DNA of 64,000 nucleotides, taken from positions 87,110,001 to 87,174,000 of the forward strand of contig OX597824.1 of the NCBI GenBank assembly GCA_951406725.2, read 5' to 3'. The DNA is from Octopus vulgaris. Taxonomy: Eukaryota. The notes beneath the pieces were generated by a model, which saw only the letters and a program-made list of their open reading frames with translations, ran no database searches and was not told where the DNA came from. Position 1 is the first letter of the stretch, and every line of letters starts with the position of its first letter. Shown here in pieces: positions 12,518-23,824 of the stretch. Made by a program: the position numbers and the translations under genes.

Positions 12518-12835
12518 CTCTTTTAACTTGCTTCAGTCATGCTGGGAAATAACCTTGAAGGGTTTCAGTCAAAAAAATCAACACCAGAACTTTTCTGTCA
12601 GTTATCATTACCAAACTGCTAAGTTACAGGGATGTAAAATTAACCACCAACAGTTGTCAAGCAGGGATGGGAAGGGATAAATACACACACACACAACAAC
12701 AAATCTCCAGTTTTCTACCAAATTCACTCAAAAAGAATTGGTTGGCCGGGGGCCATAGTAGAAGACACTTGCCCAAAGTACCACACAGTGTGACTGAACC
12801 CAAAACCACATGGTTGCAAAGTGAATTTCTTAACT
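12518..12835 (-). mobile_element. Family A SINE, old and degenerate
   Basis: AGAAGACACTTGCCCAA...GACTGAACCC motif; CpG-depleted. Confidence 0.7.
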
Positions 12836-13312
12836 ACAATTGTCTCTCTCAATTAAGAAAAACCGATATTTTTCACAGCAGCAAAGTCTTTGAGAGATAG
12901 CTGGTCCTAAAACATAAATGGAAAACACAGACTTTTCCCCAGATATTCTACTGCAGATGGAACTTGCTTATTTTAATTAAGAAGATCGTCAAACAAGAAA
13001 GAGAACAGAGTGTGGAGGGATTAATAAAATGTGCCATAGTTACTTATCTTACCAATAACAAAAAAAAAAAAAAAAAGAAAGAAAGAAAGAAACATTTTGA
13101 AACAATAATAAGCACCAACCATTTAGGAATTTTCTCGTCATAAAATATAGTCATTACAGTAAACTAATTTGTCAGATGAAAACAATTTGAAACATCGAGA
13201 AGAAGGTGTCACAACTTATAAACACTGAGATTAATGTGTTGGTTGTATGTAAGGCAGTGTTGAAATATAATACGAGGCATAATAATAATAATAATAATGA
13301 TGATGATGATGA

Positions 13313-13520
13313 TTTGAAATTTTGGCACGAGGCCAGCAAATTCAGGAGTGGTAGATATAAGTTGATTACATCAACCCTAGTATTCAGCTGGTACTTATTT
13401 TATCAACCACGAGAGGATGAAAGGCAAAGTCAACCTTGGCAGAATTTGAACTCAGAACATAAAGATGAATGGAATGCTGATAAACATTTTACTCGGAGCG
13501 CTAATGATTCTGCCAGCTAA
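13313..13520 (-). mobile_element. Family B SINE (short-tail variant) between (AAT)n/(GAT)n tracts
   Basis: GGATGAAAGGCAAAGTC...AATTTGAACTCAGAAC block. Confidence 0.8.
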
Positions 13521-13525
13521 CTGTC

Positions 13526-13562
<37 letters not shown>

Positions 13563-13588
13563 AAATGATGATGATGATAATAATAATA

Positions 13589-13635
<47 letters not shown>

Positions 13636-13689
13636 TGTGTCAATCACAGCAGACTGCAACACTTCTGTAAAGTTATTTGCAAAAATGAA

Positions 13690-14110
13690 TTAAATATAAG
13701 GACCTTAAAAACAGGTCTCAAAATTGTGGCATCTAAGAACAACTGTATCAGTAATCATTAGAACTTTGGGGACAATACCAAAAGGCACTCTTAAACAAAC
13801 ACTATGGCCAAATACCAGGAAACCAAACGGTAGCAGAATAACAAAAAAAAAAAAAAAGAATCTCATGGGTACTGTCAACGTCCTAAGAAAAGCTTCATCA
13901 ACTTGAAAATGGTTGATTTTCTTAAAATTCTTTCAAAACTGAAATATTACAAATTTAACAGAATCTTAATCCTCAGATTCTGATCTTCCCTTAGAATAAT
14001 ATATTATTGCTAATTATAAATAATACCCATAGTAAAACATTCAACTTGCTGTTATCTGAGGTGTCTGAGTGAAACAGGGACAGTTTGTTTAAGACAAAGC
14101 AACAAAGTAA
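13690..14110 (+). mobile_element. R4/Dong-clade (restriction-like endonuclease) LINE 3' remnant
   Basis: Peptide LWHLRTTVSVIIRTLGTIPKG...LMGTVNVLRKA matches the R4/Dong C-terminus pattern LW....V.P.IIG.LG.IPK...L.GT..ILRK; ends at TAATAA; adjacent to (AAT)n. Confidence 0.65.
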
Positions 14111-14119
14111 TAATGATTT

Positions 14120-14512
14120 CAGATTTTTGCTATAAAGGCAGATTGAGGAAGTGGGGTGGGATTAAGTTGATTACATCGACCCCAGTGCATAACTGATACT
14201 TATTTAATTGACCCCGAAAAGATGAAAGGCAAAGTCGACCTCGGCGGAATTTGAACGTAGAACATAGCAGCAGACAAACGTACCTATTTCTTTACTACCC
14301 ACAAGGGGCTAAACACAGAGAGGACAAACAAGGACAGACAAACGGATTAAGTCGATTATATCGACCCCAGTGCGTAACTGGTACTTATTTAATCAATCCT
14401 TAAAAGAATGAAAGGCAAAGTTGACCATGGCGGAATTTGAACTCTGAACGTAGCAGCAGACAAAATACTGCTAAGCATTTCGCCCGAGGTGTTAACGATT
14501 CTACTAGCTTGC
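14120..14512 (-). mobile_element. Family B SINE dimer (one head, two bodies)
   Basis: Junction ...TACCTATTTC at 14281-14290. Confidence 0.85.
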
Positions 14513-14590
14513 AAGAAAATAATAATGATAATAACAATAATAAGGATAAAAATTTTTAAATTAATAAAAAAAAAATTAAAAAAACCTTAC

Positions 14591-14935
14591 CTCTTTAACA
14601 TATTTTTTTGTATTTGTTCTATTCTTTTGATTATTTTGGAAGAAAGATTTCGTTCTCCAAAAGAATGAATTTTGGGGGTGAGTAACTTTGTTGATTTTTG
14701 CATGTGAGTAGATGGGATCGGTTATTTCTGCCCGATACAAATCCCTTTTCCAAACGGAAGGTTTTAACGAAGATGTCCTACTTTCGAGACATTTATTTTC
14801 TAACTGGCATTGTGATTTTGAAAACGGTCTATCTACAATAATGTTACCATCATAATCAGTTCGAACTACTGCTGCAATCCTAGCGCCTAAGGACAATCTT
14901 TGGTTGCCGTCGACATTAAAATTCACCTGGTTCAT
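14591..14935 (-). CDS. Candidate alternative first coding exon (MNQVNFNVDG...KKYVKE, 115 codons), unknown product
   Basis: CAAC-ATG start with upstream in-frame stop; 345-bp open frame in unique, CpG-retaining sequence; consensus donor GAG|GTAAGG in phase 0. Confidence 0.45.
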
Positions 14936-16566
14936 GTTGGAACACTCAGAGATGTCAATAACTGAACATATTCATTAATAAGCAAACAGATTCTCTTCCC
15001 GCTGATGCTATGGTTTCCTGTTTCAAGAATAGGAAGTACTGATCGATAGTCTAGAATATATTTTTGCTTTTTTACTTTGCTTCCAGATTCGTAGCTCATC
15101 TTTCATCCAAAGTCTTAGCTGAACTAATAACAACATAAAATGGTATATTCCTACATTACCGACTTCTTCAAATAACCATAGAATATAAATATAGTATTTT
15201 TTCTAAAATGCCACATTTTCAGTCGTAATATTTTGATTTTTCATGATGATGATGATAATAATAATAATAAAAATAATTAATAATTTTAATAATAATAATA
15301 ATAATAATAATAGAAATCAACAGAATATGTTTAAAATCCCAAGATTCCACCTGGAAAAATCTCCAGTTACTTTTACAGAATTTACAATAAGCTTCATTTC
15401 GCAACTAATTTGTTAATTCTGTCTTTTTTTTCTCTCTTTAATGAAGCAATAATTTCCTTTTACATTGCTTTCAATATTTTAATGTTTTAAACAAATCGCA
15501 TTATCAATGAAATGTATAAACTATTGATTTAAAGAATTTTTGTTTTTGTAAACAGAAAGATAAAACTCCTCTCTCTACAGAAGATCAATATTGCGCATTT
15601 AACGACAGCTTCGTTACAACATTAGCTTCTATAAATACCAAACCTTACTATTTTTCAACTAACCTTTTTTCCTCCAGGCAGATGGCAAATCAACAAAACA
15701 GAAAACCTCCGCTATTGAATTATTATTTTGTTTTTCACTATCAATTAATTAAAACATTTTAAATCAGGACAAAATATATGAGATTCATGCATTAACATAA
15801 ATATCATTGAAGATTAGAAATTCTGTTTTTTTTTTTTTGTTTCCTTCTTTATCCTAGAGGTTATTGTCAAATAAGGGAAGAAAATGCAGCCGAATAAAAA
15901 ATTGTGAAGGAATGCAACTTTTCCTTAAATTATAGAATAATGATAAAAATAATAATAATGATGATGATGATGGTAATGAATTAATTGAAATTTAACCAGT
16001 AGTAACTTGTGACTCCTATGTTGTAAAAATATCCACTCCAGAGGCAACTTGCTTTCCATGCTTGTTGAATGAATGATTATAGATAATGAATAGATCAACA
16101 GAGCAGCTGCTAAGTGAAATGTAACCAAATTAACAGAAAAAAAAAAAAAGAAAATGTAGTGTTTTCAATGGTTCTTGAACAATTTGTACAATCCGAGAAA
16201 GACAGCTGAAGTATATAAGGACAAAAATAATCAAAACTGGCGACAAATTTAGTAAACATCAAATCAATGACTAGCAAGATTGATTCTGTGAACTCCTGAT
16301 GACAGACAGAGAGAAATAGAGAGTAACAGATGTTTGTTACAAATTCAAAAAAGTTCAATCATATGCTTGTTAAACGGAAAGACAATCCAGAATTTCACAA
16401 GTGGTATGTGGGAAAAAATCTACATTTGTAACTGCTGTTAAAATATTATATAGAATGTTAACTTTTTCCTTATAATATTTCTAAGGAAATACACAGTTAG
16501 TGTGTTTGAAGTTCTTTTGCCGACAATCAATAATTTGTAAAACTTACTATTAAAATAAGTAACATA

Positions 16567-16943
16567 GGTGTAGTAGGAGTGGCTCTGTGGTAAGTAGCTT
16601 GCTTACCAACCACATGGTTCTGGGTTCAGTCCCACTGCGTGGCACCTTGGGCAAGTGTCTTCTACTGTAGCCCCGGGCCGACCAAAGCCGTGTGAGTGGA
16701 TTTGGTAGATGGAAACTCAAAGAAGCCCGATGTATGTATATGTGTGTCTGTGTTTGTCTTCCCAACATCGCTTGACAACCGATGCTGGTGTGTTTACGTC
16801 CCTGTAACTTAGTGGTTCAGCAAAAAGAGACCGATAGAATAAGTACTGGGCTTACAAAGAATAAGTCCTGGGGTCGATTTGCTCGACCAAAGGCAATGCT
16901 ACAGCATGGCCATAGTCAAATGACTGAAACACGTAAAAGAGTA
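16567..16943 (+). mobile_element. Family A SINE
   Basis: Full-length match to 4047-4446. Confidence 0.9.
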
Positions 16944-17090
16944 ACATTTTCAGTATCAAGCTGGTATTTCGAACATGACTCAAAATTGTGATAGATGGTA
17001 TTAATTTAGATATACAGGTAGTTAATTTGCGGTAGCCATGTATCTTCTCTACAGCAAGACACCTGCATGTGTCCCTCTATCATACTTTAA

Positions 17091-17313
17091 CCCTTTTGTT
17101 ACTGTATTTATTTTGAGATGCTCTGTGTTTCTTTCAATTACTATATATATATATATTACAAAAAATAGTAAAATAACTTAGTTATCATTCAGCTAGTGTT
17201 AGGAACATAAATTATGACTAAGATTTAGCGGAAGATTTGAATTCAAACTTATGAAAACAAGTCATTTGTATTCAGAGCTAGAGCTGGTTTCAGCCAGGTT
17301 GGTAACAAAAGAG
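17091..17313 (-). mobile_element. Family F piggyBac-type MITE
   Basis: TTAA flanks at 17087 and 17314; reverse complement of the family F body. Confidence 0.85.
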
Positions 17314-17399
17314 TTAATGTCCTAACACCACCTACAAAGCCATTACTTTCTTCAATACTAACCTCACTTAGTCAAGGATTTTGTTTCCTTTACTTTGTC

Positions 17400-17615
17400 T
17401 GTCTTGCAAGTTATTTGGCAACCTCCCAAGTGCTGGTGGCATGCAAAAAGCACTCGGTACACACTGTAAGTGGTTGGTGTATGGAAAGGCATCCAGCCAC
17501 AAACTATGCTGACTGAAGCTGACATTAGAGCTCAATGTGGCCCTGAGGTTTACCAGATCCTGTCAAGTATCCAATCCATGTCAGTATGGAAAACAAAATT
17601 TAAATGATGATGATG
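17400..17615 (+). mobile_element. Family E element, degenerate
   Basis: GTGGTTGG...GGCATCCAGCC motif and (GAT)n tail. Confidence 0.6.
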
Positions 17616-17829
17616 AAAATTTTAATCCTTTCGTTATCAACCCAGCTGAAACCGGCTCTGACTCCAGCATGGCTGCAGTCACATGACTGAAACGAGTAAA
17701 AGAGTAACAGGGTAGGAGCATGTACCACAGAGTGATGGAAAACCTTCAGCAAAACCATGTCAACGTGATCAAGAAGTTTGCTTCCCAACTGCTTGGTTTC
17801 AGGTTCAATCTTGCTGTGTAGTACATTAA

Positions 17830-18050
17830 CCCTTTCGTTGCCAACCCAGCTGAAACCGGCTCTGGCTCTGTAGTACAAATGTCTTGTTTTCATAAGTTTG
17901 GAATTAAAATCTTCCACCAAACTTTAGTCACAATTTATGTTCCTAACACTAGCTTAATGATAACTAAGTTATTTTGCTAAATATTTTGTTATATTTAAAG
18001 TAATTGAAAGAAACACAGAGCATCTCAAAATAAATACAGTAACAAAAGGG
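17830..18050 (+). mobile_element. Family F piggyBac-type MITE
   Basis: TTAA TSD at 17826 and 18051; CCCTTT/AAAGGG TIR. Confidence 0.9.
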
Positions 18051-18206
18051 TTAAAGTTGTGGGAGTAATATAAAAAAATAACGAGGTATTTGCATCAAAA
18101 TCATTGGCATAAAAATGGTTCATCTTGAGAAGATTAAAGTTGGCTATAAAAAGAGATATTAATGAGACTCCTCATGAGATATTGTTGTAACTTAGGAAGG
18201 TCATTA

Positions 18207-18549
18207 GGAGGAGGAGGAGGAGACCCCCTTCAGTCATGAATGACCATGGGATTGCACCTAGAAAGTTACCCTCCAAGGCACAAGTCCGGGCAAGGTTGTT
18301 TATGGAAGACCAGCAGCCGCCCATGCATACCAGCCTCCCCTTTCCACACCACCGATGTTATCCAAGGGAAAGGCAAAGGGGCCGATACTGCTTGGCACTT
18401 GTGACGTTGCAACTCATTTCTACAGCTAAGTGAACTGGAGCAACGTGAAATAAAGTGTCTTGCTCAAGAACACAACATGCAGCCCGGTCCAGGAATCGAA
18501 CTCACAACTTCATGATCATAAGCTCTACGCTTTAACCATGCACCTTCAC
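18207..18549 (-). mobile_element. Family C CORE-type SINE, tail type 4
   Basis: CORE-like block; 13-bp TSD AGGAAGGTCATTA at 18194-18206 and 18550-18562; (CCT)n tail. Confidence 0.85.
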
Positions 18550-19057
18550 AGGAAGGTCATTACATCAATAATAAACACATTCACAGTTGTTGTTTAAACC
18601 AAGGAAGACCCTGATTGAGCAGACCTTTGAATAGGGCTATGACATCCTATTATTTTGATTATCAGGGAAAACTTTGTCCAATGTAGGGTCTGTCATGACA
18701 AACCCTGAGATTCACGAGGCCAAAAACTAACCTGGTTCCCATGGTATATAAATGACTGAGATTACAACACACTACACAATCCAGGAATTGAAACCATGAT
18801 CTTATGATCACGAGTGCAATACCCTAACCACTAGGCTATATGATTTCATTGTCCAATATATCCTTCCTATTTTTTAAGATGGCGGGGTGTATGATGAGGG
18901 ACATATGACTGCTATTTCTAGCAGGTTGAGTTACCATACAGATCAGTGAGAGAACCATTTTCTGTTTATGGACCCTATTGGTTCCTATTTTATTCTACTG
19001 GACCTAAATAGACATTTGATGTGCATAAAAAATTCTTACTCTATTTCTATAATTAAA

Positions 19058-19570
19058 TCATCATCATCATCAACGTTTAATGTCCGCTTTGCATGCTAGC
19101 ATGGGTTGGACGAATGACTGAGGGCTGGCGAACCAAGTAGCTGCACCAGGCTTCAATCTTGATCTGGCAGAGATTCTACAGCTGGATGCCCTTCCTAATG
19201 CCAACCACTCCGAGAGTGTAGTGGGTGCTTTTATGTGCCATCAGCACGGGGCCAATCAGGCGGTACTGGCAACGACCTCACTCAAATCTTTTACACATGC
19301 CACCGGCACAGGTGCCAGTAAGGTGATGCTGGTAATGATCACACTCGAATGCTGTCTTTTATGTGCCACCGGCACGGAGGCCAGATAGCCACTCCGGCAA
19401 CGATCACGCTCGGATGGTGCTCTTTAAGGCGACGCTGGTAATGATCATGCTCGAATGGCGCCTTTTAAGTGCCACTGGCATGGAAGCCGGTTAGCCGCTC
19501 TGTCAATGGTCACACTCGTATGGTGCTCTCTGCACCCTGCTAGCACGGACACCAGTCATCGAATTTGATT
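19058..19570 (-). mobile_element. Family E element with several internal subrepeats, nested in a decayed hAT MITE
   Basis: (CAT)n tail, CTGGATGCCCTTCCTAATGCCAACCAC, repeated GTGCCAC units. Confidence 0.8.
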
Positions 19571-19931
19571 TTGACCTTTGATTAAAAAATTAGAAATATT
19601 TTGTGTCTCATGGATGTAAATATTTTGTGTCTCATGCAGATAAATTTTAACAACAAAATCTTCTGTGGACCCTGACTGAGAATCACTACTAGAGCCTCTA
19701 ATGTCTGGGTGTGTTGTTCATGTGTTCAAAAGTGTGGATTGAAACACTGACAGCACTTCAAAATCTCAAATTGAACAGGAATGCCACTTATGCAGTACGT
19801 TTAGACACAAAAATATTGTACTTAATAAACCAGGATACACAATGCTATGTGCATCCTGGTTTTAGAATGGGTAGGCTACACCTCTTGTGGGTCATGAGAA
19901 ATAACAGTAAGGATAAATTACTGGTTAGTAA

Positions 19932-20275
19932 TCTTTATATATAAAGCTGAAGTTGTCTGTGTATGGCAGGTTTGGTAGCCTTCAACTAACACAATCTTCT
20001 CCTAGACCCTACAGTGCAAGTTGACCAAAATTGAGAGTATGATAGAAGAAGGCTTGCTCTTCCTTCCATACAAAAAAAATTCAAATCGGATCATGTTAAC
20101 ACCAAAAATTATTTACATCAAAAAGGTGCTTTTTTTCTATGAAAATCCCTATTTTTACAATTTTTTGACTGCTGTGTCATCATTTTTCGGTGTATTTCAA
20201 CCAGAAAAATGTTCATATAAAGAGAATAACAAGCTACATAATGCAAAATTTTTACTTTTCAAAAATTCCAATTCA
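19932..20275 (+). mobile_element. Helitron-like non-autonomous element, 5' part
   Basis: A|TCTTTATATATAAA start, then TGTCTGTG and TTGACCAAAATT blocks as in 43409-43772; no CTAG end found. Confidence 0.45.
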
Positions 20276-21067
20276 GCATATATATGAGACAAGTTTCCAT
20301 TACAGTTTCTGTCAAGCAAATTCACTCACAAGACAATATGTTACACACTGGGAGAGAACCTGAATCCTCATGGTTAGGAAGCAAGCTTTTTAACCACACA
20401 GCCATCTCTGTGCTTATATATAACTGTCTTTTTTTTTTTTTTTTAATTCTCTAGGAATTAACTTAGATTCTCTTTTTTCCACCCACCTCTAGCTAATCTA
20501 TTTATGAAAATAAAACCCATAAGATATTACAAGAAAAAGGAAAATATTCATAAAGATAATTGTTATGCTGTATATATAGTGTTTGTGAAAGTATGAAATA
20601 GTTTTGATCCATTTTCATTGCAATTTGAATTATATTTCTGAAGATCTCAGTGGTCATTTTCGGTATTTTTGAATTCAATATCTATCAGTGTCTATGATAA
20701 ATATTGAATTTTTAGACTTTACTCCAGCATAGCCACAGTCTCTGGCTGAAACTCATATGGTAGGCTAATAGACATAATCATCTTGGCAAGGCAACCGAAG
20801 TACAATAATTAAGACAAGGGAAATAACTCTGCAAACTTTCAGTCAAATGTAATAGCTTTTTTTTTTTATGCTCCCAACGGGTGTTTGGTTCTAAGATTGT
20901 TTGATTTATAGGAAAATGGGATCTCATGAGAATGCAGATAGAATTCTTGAAGAAAAAACGGTTGCCTCAAACTAAACTAATATTTTATTTGGTGGATGTT
21001 TTATTTGGCGAAAATGTTTAAAAGATACGTTGATTTAATAACAGAGTTGGAAAATGGGCGTTTCTGA

Positions 21068-21480
21068 GGATCTTTTCGGTTTGAACGGCAGTTTTTAACA
21101 TAATTTCTAGGTAACTAAAAAATTTTAAACTTCGTATACTGGTACGAAGATGTGTTTATAAAACATCTTTTTCTCTTGGCTTTATTAAGAAAATTCTATA
21201 GTTTGTAAGATATTTGTTGTTTTTTTCTTCAATTTCTGCAATTTCAACCAATCAAATACGTCAATTGAGGTAAAAAACATTCTGTGCCGTATGATTATAT
21301 CCCTCGTTTAAGAAACAGATTGGGTTTATTTACATTTGTGAAGAAAAAAGGATACCCTTCCCCCCACACCTAACCCTAAAACAGATTGAAATGCAATAGA
21401 TCGATATTAGGGTCATAATTATGGGTGACAATTTCATATGACACCACTAGAAAAAACTGCCGTTCAAACCGAAAAGATCT
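21068..21480. mobile_element. Family G MITE (Merlin-like: GG ends, 8-bp TSD)
   Basis: ~29-bp TIR GGATCTTTTCGGTTTGAACGGCAGTTTTT; TSD GTTTCTGA / GTTTCTAA. Confidence 0.85.
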
Positions 21481-21651
21481 GTTTCTAAATGTCTTTGACA
21501 AACATTTACCTGGGGAATTAAGGGTTATACAAATGAATTAAAATAAAATTCAATATTGAAGTAATCTTTTGAAGTGTTGAACTTAGAAAATTCATCATCG
21601 AAAAACATGTTAATGTAATGGTTAATGAAAAAAAAAGCAAAAAGAACTCAC

Positions 21652-22494
21652 CTGGTGTATAATCATGTCATCGGGACTTGGGCTACGTGTATTTCTCCCT
21701 TCAGAGCTGATACTAGGTTCCTTAGGACTAGGACTTCGACACGCTTCTTTATTAATGTCGAATTCTGGGCTTTTACCATGACACAAACTCGTCCTTTTTC
21801 TAGGAGTTGGCGTCGGGACTGGGCTGTGCATCGAGTCACGGCGTGTTTCGCTATCATTCTCTTCCGAAGTAGCAGCTATGTTAGCAGTTTCCTCATCGGA
21901 CATACTTGGGCTTGGGCTATGACAGACATTTGGTTCATGTGGTTCTTCATCGCTAGCTGGAGTCGGGCTTGCAGGCCGCTCCGTCGGACTAGCACTATCG
22001 CTGCGGCTGTGAGATGGAGACTTGCGCTGTCCTTCCTCCTGCGTTTGTGGAATTTCTATTTCGACTTCAGCTTCGATGGCATTATCCTCTTCTGTCACTT
22101 CAGAAGCAGCCTCCTCTGCTGGTTTGCTTTCTTTTTCAATATCATGAACCACCATCTCATCCATTGTATCAGAAACAACAACGATATCATCTTCGTCATT
22201 ATTGTTATCAATTTCTTTCTTCAAGGAAGGTAAAGTGTCATACAAAGGACTGGATTCTTCAGTCTTGAGTGTAACACTTATCTCCTGACCATCACCCGAT
22301 TCTTTCATAACATTTTCGTATGTATCGTCATTGTCCGCTTTACCATTCACACTGACATTCTCATACACGGGATGAGCAAGGGGCTCACTGTTAGCATAGA
22401 TGTGTCCTTCGTTTAATTCAGACATGTCTTCGTCGTCTTTTACCTCATAATCTGTATCAAAATTATTTGAAATACCGTTTTCTTTTGGCTTTTC
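21652..22494 (-). CDS. Internal coding exon (843 bp, 281 aa, phase 0-0): acidic, Ser/Pro-rich disordered segment with clustered tyrosine motifs; gene not identified
   Basis: Branch point TACTAAT at 22533-22527; pyrimidine tract TCTCTCTTTTCTTGTCTTTGCAG|GAA; stop-free frame; raised GC; donor CAG|GTGAGT. Confidence 0.85.
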
Positions 22495-22794
22495 CTGCAA
22501 AGACAAGAAAAGAGAGACAATTTTTAATTAGTACGGAATTAGGAATTAAGTTTTAAATATTAAGCAGGATCAGAAATTAGGTTTTAATTTTAACAATATT
22601 TAAAGAAAAATTTCATGTAAGTAACCCTTATGACACCTGGTTCTATGATGCTAACTTCCTGGTTTAAAGTAATCTGAATTAAAACTCTCCATCAAGATAC
22701 CATGTCAATTTATGATTCAAACACCAGCTTAATAACAACTGAGTTATTTAAATAACTCCATCATTAGTTTCAGAATTAATAAAAAATACCACCT

Positions 22795-23018
22795 GAACGT
22801 GGCCGATGTCAGCGCCGCTTTGACTGCTGGTGGCATGTAAAAAAGCACCCACTACACTCATGGAGTGGGTTGGCATTAGGAAGGGCATCCAGCTGTAGAA
22901 ACACTGCCAGATCAGATTGGAGCCTGGTGCAGCCTCCTGGATTCCCAGACCCCGGTTGAAGTTGAACCATCCAACCCATGCTAGCATGGAAAACGGACAT
23001 TAAACGATGATGATGATG
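22795..23018 (+). mobile_element. Family E element
   Basis: TTGGCATTAGGAAGGGCATCCAGCTG...GGACATTAAACGATGATG. Confidence 0.85.
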
Positions 23019-23212
23019 AAAAGTTTGTCTTTCAACAGAAACATGGTAACAAAAATGTTAAAGAGTTCAAAAATATTATTTTCTCCTTGGTCACAAGTTT
23101 TTTCAAAAATACAACATACAAACTTTGTAATTCGCTTGAAGCATTGTAATAATGTAGAATGTAAAAAAAGAGAAAGAAGAAAGCTTCTGACAATATGGAA
23201 AGTTTAATAAAA

Positions 23213-23250
23213 CCTTTATATTTCAGACGCAAAGGCCCATCTTCAGAAGG
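23213..23250 (-). ncRNA. Candidate minimal type I hammerhead ribozyme (Penelope-like)
   Basis: CCTT-CTGAAGA-T-GGGC[CTTTGC]GTCT-GAAA-TA-TA-AAGG: stem I CCTT/AAGG, wobble-rich stem II, palindromic ATAT stem III, then ATTAAA. Confidence 0.5.
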
Positions 23251-23643
23251 AAAAAACAGTCTAAGAAAAGTCCAATTATGTAGGTTGTGTAAACCCATTC
23301 AAATAAAACATATCTGTATAAATGAAAGCACTGCTGACTGAACTCTCTTCTGTTCTATGTAAGCCACACAAGAACTGAAGGGGTAGATGCTTACAGATAT
23401 GAAAAATGTTCCCTTGTTAAGTGAAATGGTCTTGGGTTAAGTTAATATGAGAAGCTGGTTATAAAACTATTCAGAGAGAGTCACAGGTAACTAAGTTGAC
23501 TGACCAACAAACCACTAGATGAAGATTTGATAGCTTGTACTGCATCGATATCCAAGATATTTAAGCCGTGTAGGTTCAGTTCGGTTTGGTACAATGTGCT
23601 AGGTACAATCAATTGTTATAAGCTGTGTAAGAGCAGTTACAGA

Positions 23644-23824
23644 CTACAAAGAGTTTTTTAAGTTTGTAGTGCTGAGTTTATTCAAGTCCTCACAAGGGAT
23701 TAGATACACATAGCCACAAGAGGTCTCTCTGCCGTTCAAGAATTTGGACCTGGAGATCTCCATTTCCAGCGACTTCGAGGGCAACCTCCCAGTGGTGTTG
23801 AGCATCAACAAAGAGACCTTGACT
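23644..23824 (-). mobile_element. Possible Penelope-like GIY-YIG endonuclease remnant
   Basis: SCGYVYLIPCED resembles the PLE motif G.VY.IPC..C; lies 5' of the hammerhead on the same strand; the YIG half is not recognisable. Confidence 0.3.

Noticed and set aside
21625-22233. 202-aa plus-strand ORF
   Set aside because: Antisense shadow of the real minus-strand exon; no splice or start context and implausible composition.
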